DNA of 64,000 nucleotides from Vitrella brassicaformis CCMP3155 (Eukaryota; Protista; Chromerida). Within the stretch, counting starts at the first letter, position 1, and each line of letters begins with the position of its first letter. The notes under the pieces are model-generated. The model saw only the letters and a list, made by a program, of their open reading frames with translations, did not search any database and was not told where the DNA came from. The position numbers and the translations under genes are program-made. Shown here in pieces: positions 23,734 through 36,697 of the stretch. The DNA lies in contig CDMY01000158.1 in NCBI GenBank assembly GCA_001179505.1, positions 1-64,000 of the forward strand. The letters run 5' to 3'.

Positions 23734-26700
23734 GACGCCCGCCCACCCCACACACACAGACGGCAGGGCAGCCCTTCCCAATGCATCCATCCACACGTGT
23801 CTGTCTGTTGTTTCTCTGTGCCGTATGTAGCGTATGGCGATTCGATGCTGGAGGGGACGGGCAACCCCGGCGCCCTGCTGCTGCACTTCTTCTCCAAATT
23901 CGCCAGGAGCTTCCAGGCACGACACGACACGCCCACACACACACATCTTTCTGTGTGTCAATCGACGTGTATCTGTTGCTATGTGTGTGCGGTTGACTGA
24001 GTGCAGGAGGCGATCGACGGTCAGCTGGCGACTCAGCACCTGGCGGACCAGCTGCAGGGCGGCGCGCGGATCAACTTCATCTTCCACGACTGGTTCGTCA
24101 AGACCCTCAACGTGCGCAATCCAATGCCCACACAGACACCCCCACCCCACCTAGAAGACGCACACACAGACCTGAATGAACGGATGGATGGGTGGATGGA
24201 GATGGAGGGATGGATGTGTTTCTGTTTATTTATTTGCTGGCAGGAGTTCGACCCCTTGTCAGGTCTGACAGACCTGGAGATTCGGACGTCGATCCGAAAC
24301 GCCACGGGGCCCAAGGCAGCTCTGTTCGTGCCGGAGGGGGCCTTTGAGATACTCGTCAAGAAACAAATCTCCAAACTCGAGCAGCCGGCACTCAGATGCG
24401 TCGACCAGGTACACAAACACAGACAGACAGACAGACAGACAGAGGGAGGGATGGAGGGAGGGAGGGAGGGGGGAGATACTCACGCACACTCATGTGTGTA
24501 TGGACCATGTGTGTGTGTGTCGTGTCTGTTTAGGTATACGAGGAGCTGCAGAAGATGGTGGAGATGTGCGAGTCGCCCGAGATGACGCGCTACACCAACC
24601 TGCGGGACAGGCTGGTCGAGGTGGTCCGCGGCGTCCTCAGGAAGTGCCTGCAGCCCACCAACCAAATGATCAGCAACCTCATACAGGTACTTAGTACACA
24701 CACATATGGATGGATGGATGGGTGGATGGATGTGTGTGTGTGTGTGTGTTGGTGGCAGATTGAGCTGAGCTACATCAACACGAACCATCCGGACTTCGTT
24801 GGAGGGTGAGAGAGAGAGGGAGAGAGACACACAGAGACGCGTATGCAGGCAGTCCTGTTTGTTCCTTCCGTGTTTGCAGCAACCGTGCGATCCACTCGAT
24901 CTCCCTGAACCTCAACCGGCACATGGCCACGAGCACGCCCCCCACCTCCCGCCCACCCACACAGCCCACGCAGCAGCAGAACACCCAGCAGCAGCCCCAG
25001 CAAAGGCTCACACACACACACCCTCACGCAAACCCACACCCCCATCAGCACGGGGGGATGCCCGTCGGCTGGAACCACCCACAGAGTGCTTACATGAGGG
25101 AGCAGCAGCAGCAGCAGCAGCATCAGCAGCAGGGGAGCAGGCACCGCAGCGCGTCCAGTGACAGCAAGAGGGACGACAAGCAGAAGGAGAGCGGAGGTGG
25201 AGCTGGAGGTGGGGCAGGGGGCGGTCACCAGGCGAATGGGCCCGTGGCGGCCACCCCCACCTCTGCCCACTCCCAGCAGCATCAGCATCAGCAGCAGCAG
25301 GTCACCAACCCCGCCTTTGCCCAAGCAGCCGAGTCACAGGTACGTACACCTACCTACAACAGACAGACAGACACAGGGGATGGACCATCCAGACAGACGT
25401 CTCTCTTGATTCTCCTTGGTCGATCAGTTGCCGACCAACACAGGGTTCTTCACCTTTCTGCGTGGCTCCAACCGTCCGTCCCCGCCGGCCACGCCCAACA
25501 CGAACCCCAACCCCACCAGCAATGTGCCCCCCTTGCCACACACGGCCAGCAACCCACCCTCGCACACTGTGTCCACCAACGACGTCGTGCCCGCCGGCAC
25601 GACCCAGGCAGGGGCACCGGGCGGTGTGTATGATGGTTACTATGCCCAGACCAAGGGCAACCTCAACCCAATGGTCGGGCAGTCAGCCAAACAACACAAC
25701 ACTCACACATTGTGCATGTCTCTCTGTCTGTCTGTCTGTCTGTCTGTGTCTCTGTGTGTGCAGGCTCTCCCTAGCGGCGCGGACAGTGTCAGCTCGTACC
25801 CGTCATATGCCGACAACCCCTCCCAGCAGCAGCCGCCGTACCCCCCGCCCTCATCGCACCTCACCACCTACTACCACGGCATTCTACAAAACGGTAGGTA
25901 ACAAACAGGCATACAGCGACAGACATCTACGTGTCGGCACGTGTGTGTGTGTGTGTGTGCGTGTGTGTGCAGCAGTGCCGCCGCACCAGCACGCTCAGGT
26001 TGGGCAGGACAGGGCAGACATCAGGCTGCCGGCCGTGCCGCCCATCGTGCGTGCGGGCGACGTGGCCTCTGAGAGGGAGAGGGTGGAGGCCGACCTCATC
26101 AAGTCGCTCATCGCATCATACTTCTGCATCGTCAGGTCAGCTCAGCCGGGGGGGCCAATGTGTGTGTGTGTGTGTGTGTGTACCTACCTTCTGTGTCGCG
26201 CGCAATATGTGTCTGTGTGTGTGTGTGTGCGGTCATATACATCAGGAAGAATATCAGCGACGCGGTGCCCAAGGCCATAATGTACTTCATGGTCAACACG
26301 GCCAAGGAGGTGCTGCAGCGGGAGCTCGTTGCTCAGCTATACAAAGACGGTGAGCACACACAGCACACCACAGGCACAGCACAGCACAGCACAGGACGGC
26401 AGGGTGTTTCCGGCCGTCTCATTCATCTGCACTGACTGCATGCGGTGTGGTGTGGTGTGTGCAGAGCTGTTCCCCGAGTTGCTGAAGGAGGCTGACGACA
26501 TCGCAGAGAGGAGACAGCACTGCATGGACGTCCTCAAGTGAGCAGGGCAGGAAACAGATACATACGAGGCAGCCGACACCGATCCGCATCCATCCAATCC
26601 ACACACCACACCTGTGTATGTGTATGTGTCTGTATGTGTCTGTGTGTGTCTGTGTGTGGTGTGTCGGTGTGTCAGGACGTTGCGCAACGCCTTAGAGATA

Positions 26701-26754
26701 GTGGGCCAGATCAGGGACAGCAACCTTCAGCAGGAGATCGCCCCTTCCACCTAG
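22152..26754 (+). CDS. Dynamin-related GTPase (DRP1/Vps1-like): GTPase, middle domain, low-complexity insert, GED
   Basis: [115 protein letters not shown]. Confidence 0.96.
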
Positions 26755-28031
26755 CCCACACCACACCCCCATCTATCTATCGCAAACAAACCCATCCCAT
26801 CCATGATGCATCCGTGTTTGCGTGCCATGTCGCCGTGTGTGTCCGTGTCGTGTGTGTCCGTGTGAGTGTTTGTGACCGCCAGCCAGGTGACCGACCGACC
26901 GACGTTTTCTGTAGAGTAGAGAGAGAGAGACGGACAAACTCATGGGATGGATGGATGGATGTGGGTGTGTCTGATGGACGTACGTACACGGCCTCAATCC
27001 CTTCACTCGGCGGAAGCAAAGAAAGGCAATTTCAGGCGGGCGATTGAACTCTGTTGCTTGTTGAATCGCTCATGTAGGTAGGTTAGGTGGTTTGTGTCTG
27101 TCTCACGAGACGCCCCACCGCCACACACACAGACAGACAGACAGACACCCACAGAAGCAGAGAGAGCACCCCCCAACGGGTCCGTCCGTCCATCTGTGCG
27201 CGCAATCAAATCATAGTCCCACACAGCCGGCCGGCCGGCCATCAAGTCATCATCCCACCCTCCAAGCAGACAGACAGACAGACAGACAAGGAAAGGAGCA
27301 CGGGAGCACCAAGTAGCGAGTGAGTGGCTTCTATATAGACAGCACTCCACTCCCCCCACGTGCACACCCACCCGCCGACCAACACATCAGACAGACAGCA
27401 CTACATTAGATTGATTCAGCACACACCAACTAGATAGAGAGACCGTCTGAGAGGTGCGTGTCGCGTGTCGCGATCGACACATCCATCAGGTAGGTCCGTG
27501 CGCACTTGCAGACACCAACACTGGGGAGAGAGGGAGGGAGGGAGGGAGGGGCGACACGTAATCAGTGCCGCGAAAGACATTAGTCAGACAGAAGACGAGC
27601 AGGTAGACGAGACACGGGCAGAACTACGGTATGTATCTTTTTTCCCCTGTACGTCCTCTCACACAAAACAGGCAGGCCCCAACTATCCCCCCAGTACCTC
27701 TCTCTCACCAAGAATCTGTCCTTCTATCTGATCTGATCCCTAAGCGACATCAAACACACATACATACGCCACATGGCGAGACAAGCAACATGAAAAAGGT
27801 GCCCAGCCCATCCATCCACGCCAGCCGGGCAGCTCGATGCAAAGCGTACAAAAGGAGGTCGCTTGCTCACTGGCTGGCTGGCTGGCCGGCTGGCCGGCTA
27901 CCTTGGAGTGTGTGTGTGAATGTCCATGCAGGCAGGCAGGCATTGATAAGTAGGTGTACAGCAACAGAAAGGCAGGCAGGCAGGCACTATGAAAAAGGAA
28001 ATTCATGTACATGTCGTACATGTATGTACTA

Positions 28032-28110
28032 CCCGTACGTGTACGTACATGTACCCGTACGTGTACGTACATGTACCCGTACGTGTACGTGTACGTATGT
28101 ATGTACATAC
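28032..28110. repeat. Minisatellite with a 22-nt unit (CCCGTACGTGTACGTACATGTA), about 2.5 copies, palindrome-rich
   Basis: Units start at 28032, 28054 and 28076. Confidence 0.8.
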
Positions 28111-28164
28111 GTTTGTGACGTTGCTGATCGCTGTGTGTGGGTGGGTGGACGGTGTGTGTGTCGG

Positions 28165-28510
28165 CTAGCCGACGTACGACCGGATGAGAGGCGAGTTGAA
28201 GGGCACGTCCACTCTGCGGCCGCCAACCACAAAAGAATGGGTGACGCCCTGAACACACACAGCACAGCACAGCACAGCAAACACACGCACGCACGCCAGT
28301 GTATGTTATGTGCGTCAGCAGAGGGAGGGACGCATCTCAGGTAGGTCGCCTGCTTACCGTGAAGACGCGCTGCGTTCCCGCCCCGAAGCACCTAGGGTCC
28401 CGCGCACCATTGCGACACCGGATGGCCAGATTCCTGTCGTAGAAGGGGTTCAGCCTGACAATACAACGAACGACACAGCCAACAGAGGTGACCACCTTGT
28501 CTGTCTGAGT

Positions 28511-28541
<31 letters not shown>

Positions 28542-29905
28542 GGTGGCGTGCCTAAGGTACCTACCGTCGTCCCTTTGCGGCGCCTCCGTCCTTCCGGGCC
28601 TCCGCCTCTTCGAACTCTGAGAGATGAGTGAGTATATGAATGTGGCATACGTATTCAGAACAAACAGAGACCCGCCCTACCCACACACACGTACACGTGT
28701 GTGTATGTACCTTACCTTGGTCAAATGTGATGTTCCTGAGTGTGTCGCCGTTGCGGTCAGTCAGGCTGTAGCCGTCCGGGTCCACTGACAAAGTGCTGTC
28801 GTCAAGCTGCACACATACACACACACACACACACACGTGTCAGCACTGACTGTACTGTCTGTCCGCGCACTCCCTGTCATGGGTAGATAGATCTTACGAA
28901 AACGAAATCGAGGGACTCGGGCTTGTTGATGATGGCAGCCACGCGGTAGTAGCCAAAGGTCTCGTTGTCGTGCTGCCAGTCAGTCAAGACCCACCCAGAC
29001 AGACACCCAGACACACACATGTGGATGGGATGCATCGGCTGGCCAGCCTCGTGGGCGGTGTCGGTGCGGTGCGTGGATGTGCGCATGCATGCACACCTAC
29101 CGGGACGAACAGTGCCTCGAGCTTCTCGTAGTTGGACAGCGGCTGGCTGAACAGGTTCGACAGCTCGTACAGCTCAAGATCCTCCTGCACACCTGCAAGG
29201 GGGAGAGAAACATACATACGGATGCGCGTATGGTGTGTCGATTGATTGGTGGGTGGCTGATCGGATCAGCCGGTGGGTAGTGTGTGGTCGGGTCAGCCTA
29301 CGTATCTTGACGTTGCCGTCCCCCTTTTTCGTGGAGACGCCGTCCTTCTCGATATTCGTCTCCTTGGTGACTGCACGCCACTCGTCACAGAAACCCACGT
29401 CACACATGCCATGCAGACTGACGTATGCGGCCCACATATATATCATGCCAACCAACGTACTCTCAGATCCGCCGACAGCGAGCCCGAAGATGATGGCGAG
29501 GGTGGCAATATAGAGACCAACCAAGCCGGCAACCAGCCACCTGATCACCAAAACCACACCAAACCACACCTGTTGGTTGCATCTGTCCAGTGACTCGCTC
29601 CAACCCTCCCATGGGGAGAGTATCCTACCGCAGTCTTCTGACTTTCGTCTGCTCACTCATCAGCTTCCTCACCGCAATGACGACCTCCTGAGTGCTGAAC
29701 TTGCCATCGCCGTCGGTGTCAAGCTCCTACGCGGACCAGACATGACATGAGGCACATGTATGCAAAACGTGTCAATCAGTGTGCGCGCGTGCATCACCTT
29801 GAGGATGGTTGTGATGCGCTCGGCGCCACTGTTGGTGGTGTCGGGGAGGGCCGCTGCCGCCCTGAATTTTTCTGTCCGAGATGTCACTGCCCCAGATGTG
29901 GTCAT
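28165..29905 (-). CDS. Hypothetical EF-hand + single transmembrane protein, multi-exon
   Basis: Exon ELDTDGDGKFSTQEV (canonical EF loop), then KVRRLRWLVAGLVGLYIATLAIIFGLAVG (TM). Last exon GVTHSFVVGG...RSYVG* stops at 28165. Start approximate. Confidence 0.6.
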
Positions 29906-30729
29906 GATGGCGATGGTGCGATGATACAACGATGCGATCTACAGATTCTACACGGTTTTCACGAGATGCTCGACGCTGTGCAGTCCCTCACGACAAAAAC
30001 AGCGAAAGACTTCTCTTCTCAAGGTCCGAGAACTGCAAGCTCGGCTCTGAGCTAAGCTCGCAGGGCGGAGAAGAGCCTCTCGTAAGGAGAAGCAGCACTG
30101 CAGGAGAAAGCGGCACACCTCCAGGGCTTCCTTAGGGGTGAGCGGATGTGAGATCTCTCATGAACATCAGTGAGTCACTTGAACCCATCTATCTGTGTCT
30201 GTGGTCTTTCTTGTTGCTTGTGCCTGCAGATGTCTGACCCACTGACCTTCTTGGCAGCAACTATCTGATGTCACTCACCAGTGGAAGACCTGCCTGGCCT
30301 CTCGAGGCTTGTTTGTCATGGCTCAACTCAACGAAGGGAGGACGGCGCGTCTGGGCTCGGGGTGTGGTGTGCTGTGCGGGAGTTGCAACTGACCCGGATT
30401 GATCTCAATCGGTCGGCATCTGATCTGTGTGTGTTTGGCGGCGGATCGGATTGGCGAGCCGTCTGCTTCGATCATTGAGTGTCACTATGTAGCTGCAGCG
30501 CATCGCTCGTCTGCAAGTCAGTCCCCGGCCGGCCCCGCTCACGGTCTGTCTGTCTAATCACATCACCACGTATGCCGACGCGAACGCACACACATACACG
30601 CACACGTGGATGGACCCACCGACGCATGTGTGCACTATGGTTGTGCATCCCATCCTGTTTGTCTGTCTGTCTGTTTGTCTGCAGTGAGTGAGTATCCCCA
30701 TCCTGCCTGTCTGTCCGTCTGTGTGGCAT

Positions 30730-32350
30730 TCACTCGTCGTCCTCTTCCTCCTCGAAGTCCTCCTCCTCCGCATCTTCGCCCTCGTCTTCGGCCTCTTCGT
30801 CAGACTGGTCCGATCCGCCCCCCTGTCCTCCCCACTCGCCGCAGTGGCGCTTGGCCGCCAGCCATCCGTCCGCCCCCCACTTGCGCTTGCCGCCCTCAGC
30901 CCCGTCGTAGCTATCTCCTTCGCCCTCGCCCTCGCCCTCGCTCTCGCCCTCGCCATCGGCTAGCGCATCCCAGAGGTTGACCATGGCGATTGTGTCGTTT
31001 GGGGTCGGGGTGGGGCGGCAGATGGTGGCGGTGTCCTTATCGTAGGTGGCGAAACTGCATGCATATGACATGGACAGACAGATACTTACGTGGATGGACA
31101 ACAAACTGTGTTGGTGTATACTGATCAATCTGTTGGTTGGCTGGCTGGCTGGCCGTAGCTGGCCCACGAATGCACTCACTAGGTCTGAGGGTCCTCTATG
31201 TCGGGGTCCTTGACGGCCGTCAGATGAGCGTTGCCATCAATCCCAAACTCCTGCACACACACACACACAGAAAGACAGACAGACAGACAGAAACATGTAT
31301 GTATGTATGTATTTGTGTGTGTATCTGTCTGTCTGTATCAAGGTTGTCCATCCATTCGTACCATTTGGTGGTTCTCGCACACTTCCTCAGTCAGGATGGC
31401 CCCAAAACTGCTAAGCAGCGCCTTGTGCTCCTGCAATACACACCACACCACACACACGCACATCCACACTGTTGTCAGTCTCTTTATACCCTTCTGGATG
31501 CTTCTCTGTGTGTGCAGTGCAACCTCGACGAGCTCCGATGTGCTTGGCTCCGATTTGAGCTTGACCTTGACCAACGTAGCGCCTTCCAGGTAGCTACACA
31601 TATACACAACACGACACAACGGCTGATACCTCTTGGTTTGTGCGTGTGTGTGTGTGGGAGGGGCGGGGGGGGGGGGGGGGGGGGGGNNNNNNNNNNNNNN
31701 NNNNNNNNNNNNNNNNNNNNNNNNNNNNNNNNNNNNNNNNNNNNNNNNNNNNNNNNNNNNNNNNNNNNNNNNNNNNNNNNNNNNNNNNNNNNNNNNNNNN
31801 NNNNNNNNNNNNNNNNNNNNNNNNNNNNNNNNNNNNNNNNNNNNNNNNNNNNNNNNNNNNNNNNNNNNNNNNNNNNNNNNNNNNNNNNNNNNNNNNNNNN
31901 NNNNNNNNNNNNNNNNNNNNNNNNNNNNNNNNNNNNNNNNNNNNNNNNNNNNNNNNNNNNNNNNNNNNNNNNNNNNNNNNNNNNNNGGGAGGGGGATGGG
32001 GAGGTGCCCACCCTCTGTTGGTTTCCAGTGCTGACAGGTCCCGCGTGGCATCACCGACAGACACCACTCGAAAAGGCATGATATCATGCTCATGGTAGTG
32101 GGCGATGATCTCTGCAAACCCAGCACGCTGAACGACACATGCACCCTCTTTCACACGTGTAATGGTGTCTGTCGATCGGTGTCTGTCAGTGTGTCTGACC
32201 TTCCACACATCCGGGGAGTGGTCCAGCAGACCCCTCATGCCGGCAAGATCCATAGCGGATATCACCGGTATGTCGTTGGCCTGCATGAAGCCCCGCAGCT
32301 GGTGGTAGGCCGGCTCGCTGAGTGCAGCGTTCAACCTACACACGCGCACA

Positions 32351-32384
<34 letters not shown>

Positions 32385-33141
32385 CAAATGAAGGGCTTTC
32401 ATGGTGCTTTTGTGCCCACCCACCATGTCAGGTTCCCGTTGGAGCAGACAACCACCTTGGCGTACAACGCACTCTGCGCCACAAGGGCGAGGGCCGATGC
32501 GGCACATGCCCACAGCTTGGGGTCGTCGCTCCCGAGCTCGTCATACAGGGACGTGGGAAACAGGCTGCAGACACAAGCCACAAGCAACGGGGAAGGGGCG
32601 AGGTGAGGCGACGTGATACTCTGGCTGCATGAGACTTACGTGTCATCGAAGTCCAAGATGATCAGTGTCTGATCCTGCCTTGGGTTGATGTACCAGTGGA
32701 CTTCTTCACCACTGCAATGGTCTGCATGAAGTCATCAGACAGACAGGCAGACAGACACACAACGAATTGGATCCATACCATCGATATATGACGAATTCAT
32801 GCATCCCCTGATGGGTGACCAGCCAAACTATGTGGCACTCACCGTCCTCGTTGCCCGGCATACTGTCCACGGCGGCCCAGATGGATGCCAAGTGCCGCCG
32901 TGGACAAAAGTCGCCGTGACAGCTGCCCTTTGCAGTGCGAGATCCCTGCCCTGATGAAGCAATCAACCAACAGGGATGATGTCCTTTCTTGGGGCTCTTG
33001 GGGCCGAGGTGGGTAGCTGACCACTTTGGCGGCTGCCTGGCGCTCTGGAACGGCTGCTGCTGACTGATTACAGTGAGAAAGCTCCGACTCAGCCCTGAAG
33101 TCGGGATGCAGCGGCGTCCTTAGCTCGATCCTGGTGGTCAA
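30730..33141 (-). CDS. HAD-superfamily phosphatase-like protein with acidic C-terminal tail (spans a gap)
   Basis: Motif I TLIILDFDDT (~32640-32670), motif II VVVCSNG, motif III DVWK, motif IV VVSVGDATRD; tail EEAEDEGEDAEEEDFEEEEDDE*. Start uncertain. Confidence 0.7.
31687..31987. other. Assembly gap (~300 N) next to a poly-G run
   Basis: N run. Confidence 0.99.
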
Positions 33142-33391
33142 GCTCGCAACAGAAATGACGGCTCAAACGCTTCAACGGACGATGGGGCCGTAGTCGGGGG
33201 GTATCAGTGAGCCGGTCTGATTAGAAAACGGGCCTCTCTGTGGGCGAAGTACCGACACCCAAGCAGATTCCACTTGCGAGCTTATAATATTGCAACGGCG
33301 CTTTCATGCTTTTTCTCTCAAAACGCTGGCCGAGAACAAAGCGTTGAGCACGCCAGGCTGCGCTGTTTCCCTTCGTGATGAATAAAAGGCG

Positions 33392-33832
33392 ATGACCATG
33401 AAGACATCACGGGCCGTCTTGGCTACAGTCCTGCTGCAGCTTATCGTCAGATCTACTCATGCATTCCATCCGCCGACTTCGCCCCTGCTCTTCAACAAGC
33501 GCCAGGCAGATCGGGGATCACTCCAACTGACAGTGAGTGCACGACACGCCGACATGCACGTACTCACATACGCATCCTCTTTGTGTCTGTGTCTGTGACA
33601 GAATCGCCGGAGGGGACGCACTGCCAGTGCATGTCTTCAACCGCTCGTTCCCGCGCTATCAGGCGTGGCGTGTGGCGTCACCCTCGTGGCCTTCCTTCCA
33701 TACAGCCTGTCATTCCTCGCACAAGCCCTTACAGAAGTCAAGAAAGTCGCTGCGTATGTGCACAGGGGGGGAGGGAGAGAGGAGGGATTCATTTACTCGT
33801 GGGGCGGCGTGCGTGCATGTTTTGTGTGTCGT

Positions 33833-33870
<38 letters not shown>

Positions 33871-34012
33871 GCTGCTCCCCGATGTGCTGGAATGGCCAGC
33901 TGTGGCTGTTGGTTACCTGTATGTGATTTCTCTCTACTGGCAGGGGATGCGCGTCGTGTGTGTTTCAATAGGGTCCTTGCTCTTGCGTGAGTCAGGCAGC
34001 CTGACTCAGTGA
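33392..34012 (+). CDS. Small hypothetical protein with signal peptide (possible bipartite plastid targeting) and hydrophobic C-terminus
   Basis: MTMKTSRAVLATVLLQLIVRSTHA-FHPPTSP; probable later exons MACGVTLVAFLPYSLSFLAQAL and LLPDVLEWPAVAVGYLYVISLYW. Splicing tentative. Confidence 0.4.
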
Positions 34013-34187
34013 CGTTTGTCAGTCTTCGCTCACTTGGCCGATGAAGTGCATCCATCCCTCCATGCATAAATGGACAGACATGTCTGTGACAAATTGATGA
34101 CAGGTCTGCAGGTTATGTACAGAACATTCACAGACGACAGAATGCACACACACACACACATGTACACACACTCCCACACACTTGTTA

Positions 34188-36626
34188 TTAGTGGCATGAG
34201 GGCGGGCCAGAGATGACCCGCTGCACCGTGTGCACACCCTCTACCTTGGCACCCCTGTCGTGCAGCGCACACTTGCCTTTGTCCTCATGATACACGAACA
34301 TGACACACCCGTCGTGCTTCCGGCACTTGGCCTGACACTGCAGCGCACCCAAATGCGCATCGTCGGCCGACTTGTGCTTGCCCTTGCCCTTCTTGATGAC
34401 GGATTTGTGTGTGGCCTCCAGACCCACATCGACCCCCACACAGCCACAGGGAAGGGCAGAGGAATCCGACACTGAGACACAGAACGAACATTGCCTTCGA
34501 GCGATCGGTCTTACAGTGCTGCTTGGCGGTGTGCTGTGTGTACGTGTGATGATGTCCGATGGTGTGAGGGTGGTGCTGTCGGCGAGCACAGGTACGGCCC
34601 TCACGTACTTGACCTTCCGCTCGCTCCGCCCGCCAGTCAGCCTGTTGACAGGGATGATTTCCTCATAATCCACTTTCTCCCTCTCCAGCAGCAGACTAGG
34701 CTCGTCAAGCTCGGCCAGCCCACCGGCCGTGTCTGCGCCATGCACCCGCCATGTCTTGATGCCGGTCACCCCATTGTACGAGAGATGGAGAGTGGCCATC
34801 TCTCCTTTCGCCGCGCAGAGCAGGGCCCTTGGTGGGGCTGTCGAGTGGCCACGCCACGGGGCCAGGTGGGCACGGTAGAGCCGCATGCGAGAGGAGCTTG
34901 GGGCGGGCCGCAACTCGGTGACGATGGCACCGTCTGAGTCGACCTCTGTGGTCAAGGGGACATGCTCGTTCTTTGGAAGACCGCCGTGGGCTGCACTCAA
35001 GCACACGCAGATCAGATGGGTAGGTTTCCATCAACCCAGGTGCGTGTCTCTCTCGCATACCGATGAGTGTGTGTCCGTTGCCCAGCCGCTGCACGCTCCC
35101 GCAGCAGCCGGCGATACCCTGACTGTCAGGGTGCCTCCACTCCCACACCTTGGTTGCCGTCATGGCGTCAGTGTCGAGGGCGTACTCGACAACTCGCGAG
35201 TAGCCCCTCTCATCCAGATGAGACGACCCCCAGTTGTCCCACATCAGGATGTGGCCGTTGTCTAGCATATGAGGCTTGTGCTGCGATCTGAAGGGGGTCT
35301 CGGGGGGGTCGTTGACAAAGGTGAAGTCGCTGTTTGTGCCGCCGAGCTGCCACTGAATGGAGCCGTCTTTGCGCGATATCATGACGATCTGGTTTGCGTT
35401 GCGGAGGGAGATGAGGATGTTGTTCCTGTCTGGGGTGTACTCGCAGTTGTTGATGTGGTAGCTGTCGAGGAAGAGCTCATCGCGGGCTGGGTCGTCATCA
35501 CCGGTGAGGAAATCCTGACTCCGCCACTGACACACATAATACATGCAGAGAGGGAGGAGTCGACGTGGCTGTGTGGATGGGGGGACTGGGTGTGTTGTGT
35601 TGTGTGCGACCTCGAAGAGGACGTCGCCTTTCTTGTCGATCTCTTGGACAAGGACGTGTATCCGGCCATCAGTGACGTGGCGGTCGAAGGCACACATGAG
35701 GACACGCTCGTCCTCTAATATGTCCATGTGATGCTCATCCGTCAGATACCTGCGCACAGCACACACATACACATACACACACGGGAAGCTCAGCTGTTCG
35801 AGGCCTGCCTTTCTCACCGAGCGACCCCGGCACCGACTCACCCGTGGCCTGGCCGATGGGCGCCGACAACGCGATAGTGGTCATCAATCTCAATTCCCTT
35901 CCTCTCGGGGTCATCGTTGGCATAAGTCGAGCCAACCAGCACGTTCAAGTTGCCGTCGAGCTGCGGCCGGAAGTCCATGCCCTCCTTGCCGTCCTCCAGC
36001 CGCCCCCACCACACCAGCCGGCCGTCACGGGTGAGTATCATCAGATATGGCGCGATGAAGCGGCTTGCTGTGAAGAGATACAGAGGGTGGTCGCCATCTG
36101 CCGACCTCGCCTCATCATGTGCCTTGCTGTTGGTGATGAGGTAGCGGGGGAAGTCCGTTGGGACGGTGTGGAATGAGGGAGGGGGGTAGGCACCCTCACC
36201 ATCACTCGCCCTCTGGTTGTCCTTGTCTTTGTCCCGCCTCTTCTTGTCCTTCGGCTTGGTCGACTCATTTGGCACGAAGGGGTGCTCAGAGATGGTGAAC
36301 GACCAGCTGAAGCTGTCAACGCTCACAGTAACATTCTCCCCTGCACGGAAAGGTTCCTTCGGTTGAAAGATGGCCGTCCTTTCATCCGTCGCCACCCTCA
36401 CTTTGCCCTTGTCCGTGATGTCGCCGCTCTTGCTGCCGACCACCTTGATTGTACCATTGGGTGGGGTGGTCGTCTTGCCCGACCGCATGCCGATGGTTGT
36501 CTTGGGCGAAACGAGTGTAGAACCAGGGAGGGGGTGCAGGTACTCGTAGCCGCCATGCGACAGCGATGGCTGGGGCAGCAAAGAGATTGTGAGGCACGCA
36601 GCGGTGACAAAGGCCGGCAGAATCAT
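34188..36626 (-). CDS. Secreted arylsulfotransferase (ASST)-like protein with N-terminal Ig-like module and C-terminal PAN/apple domain
   Basis: Signal MILPAFVTAACLTISLL; HPLPGS..VSPKTTIG..DERTAIFQPKEPF; DEHHMD, SYHINN (HxN), RSQHKPH, SRVVEYALD, GSVQRLGNGHTLIG, SYNGVTGIKTW; C-terminus CQAKCRKHDGCVMFVYHEDKGKCALH..SGPPSCH*. Confidence 0.75.
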
Positions 36627-36697
36627 CCGTCCAGAATAATATGAGCGCACTGCTCACTAGCGCACACTATTCTGTCCTCATTGCTGTTCTCACTTTC

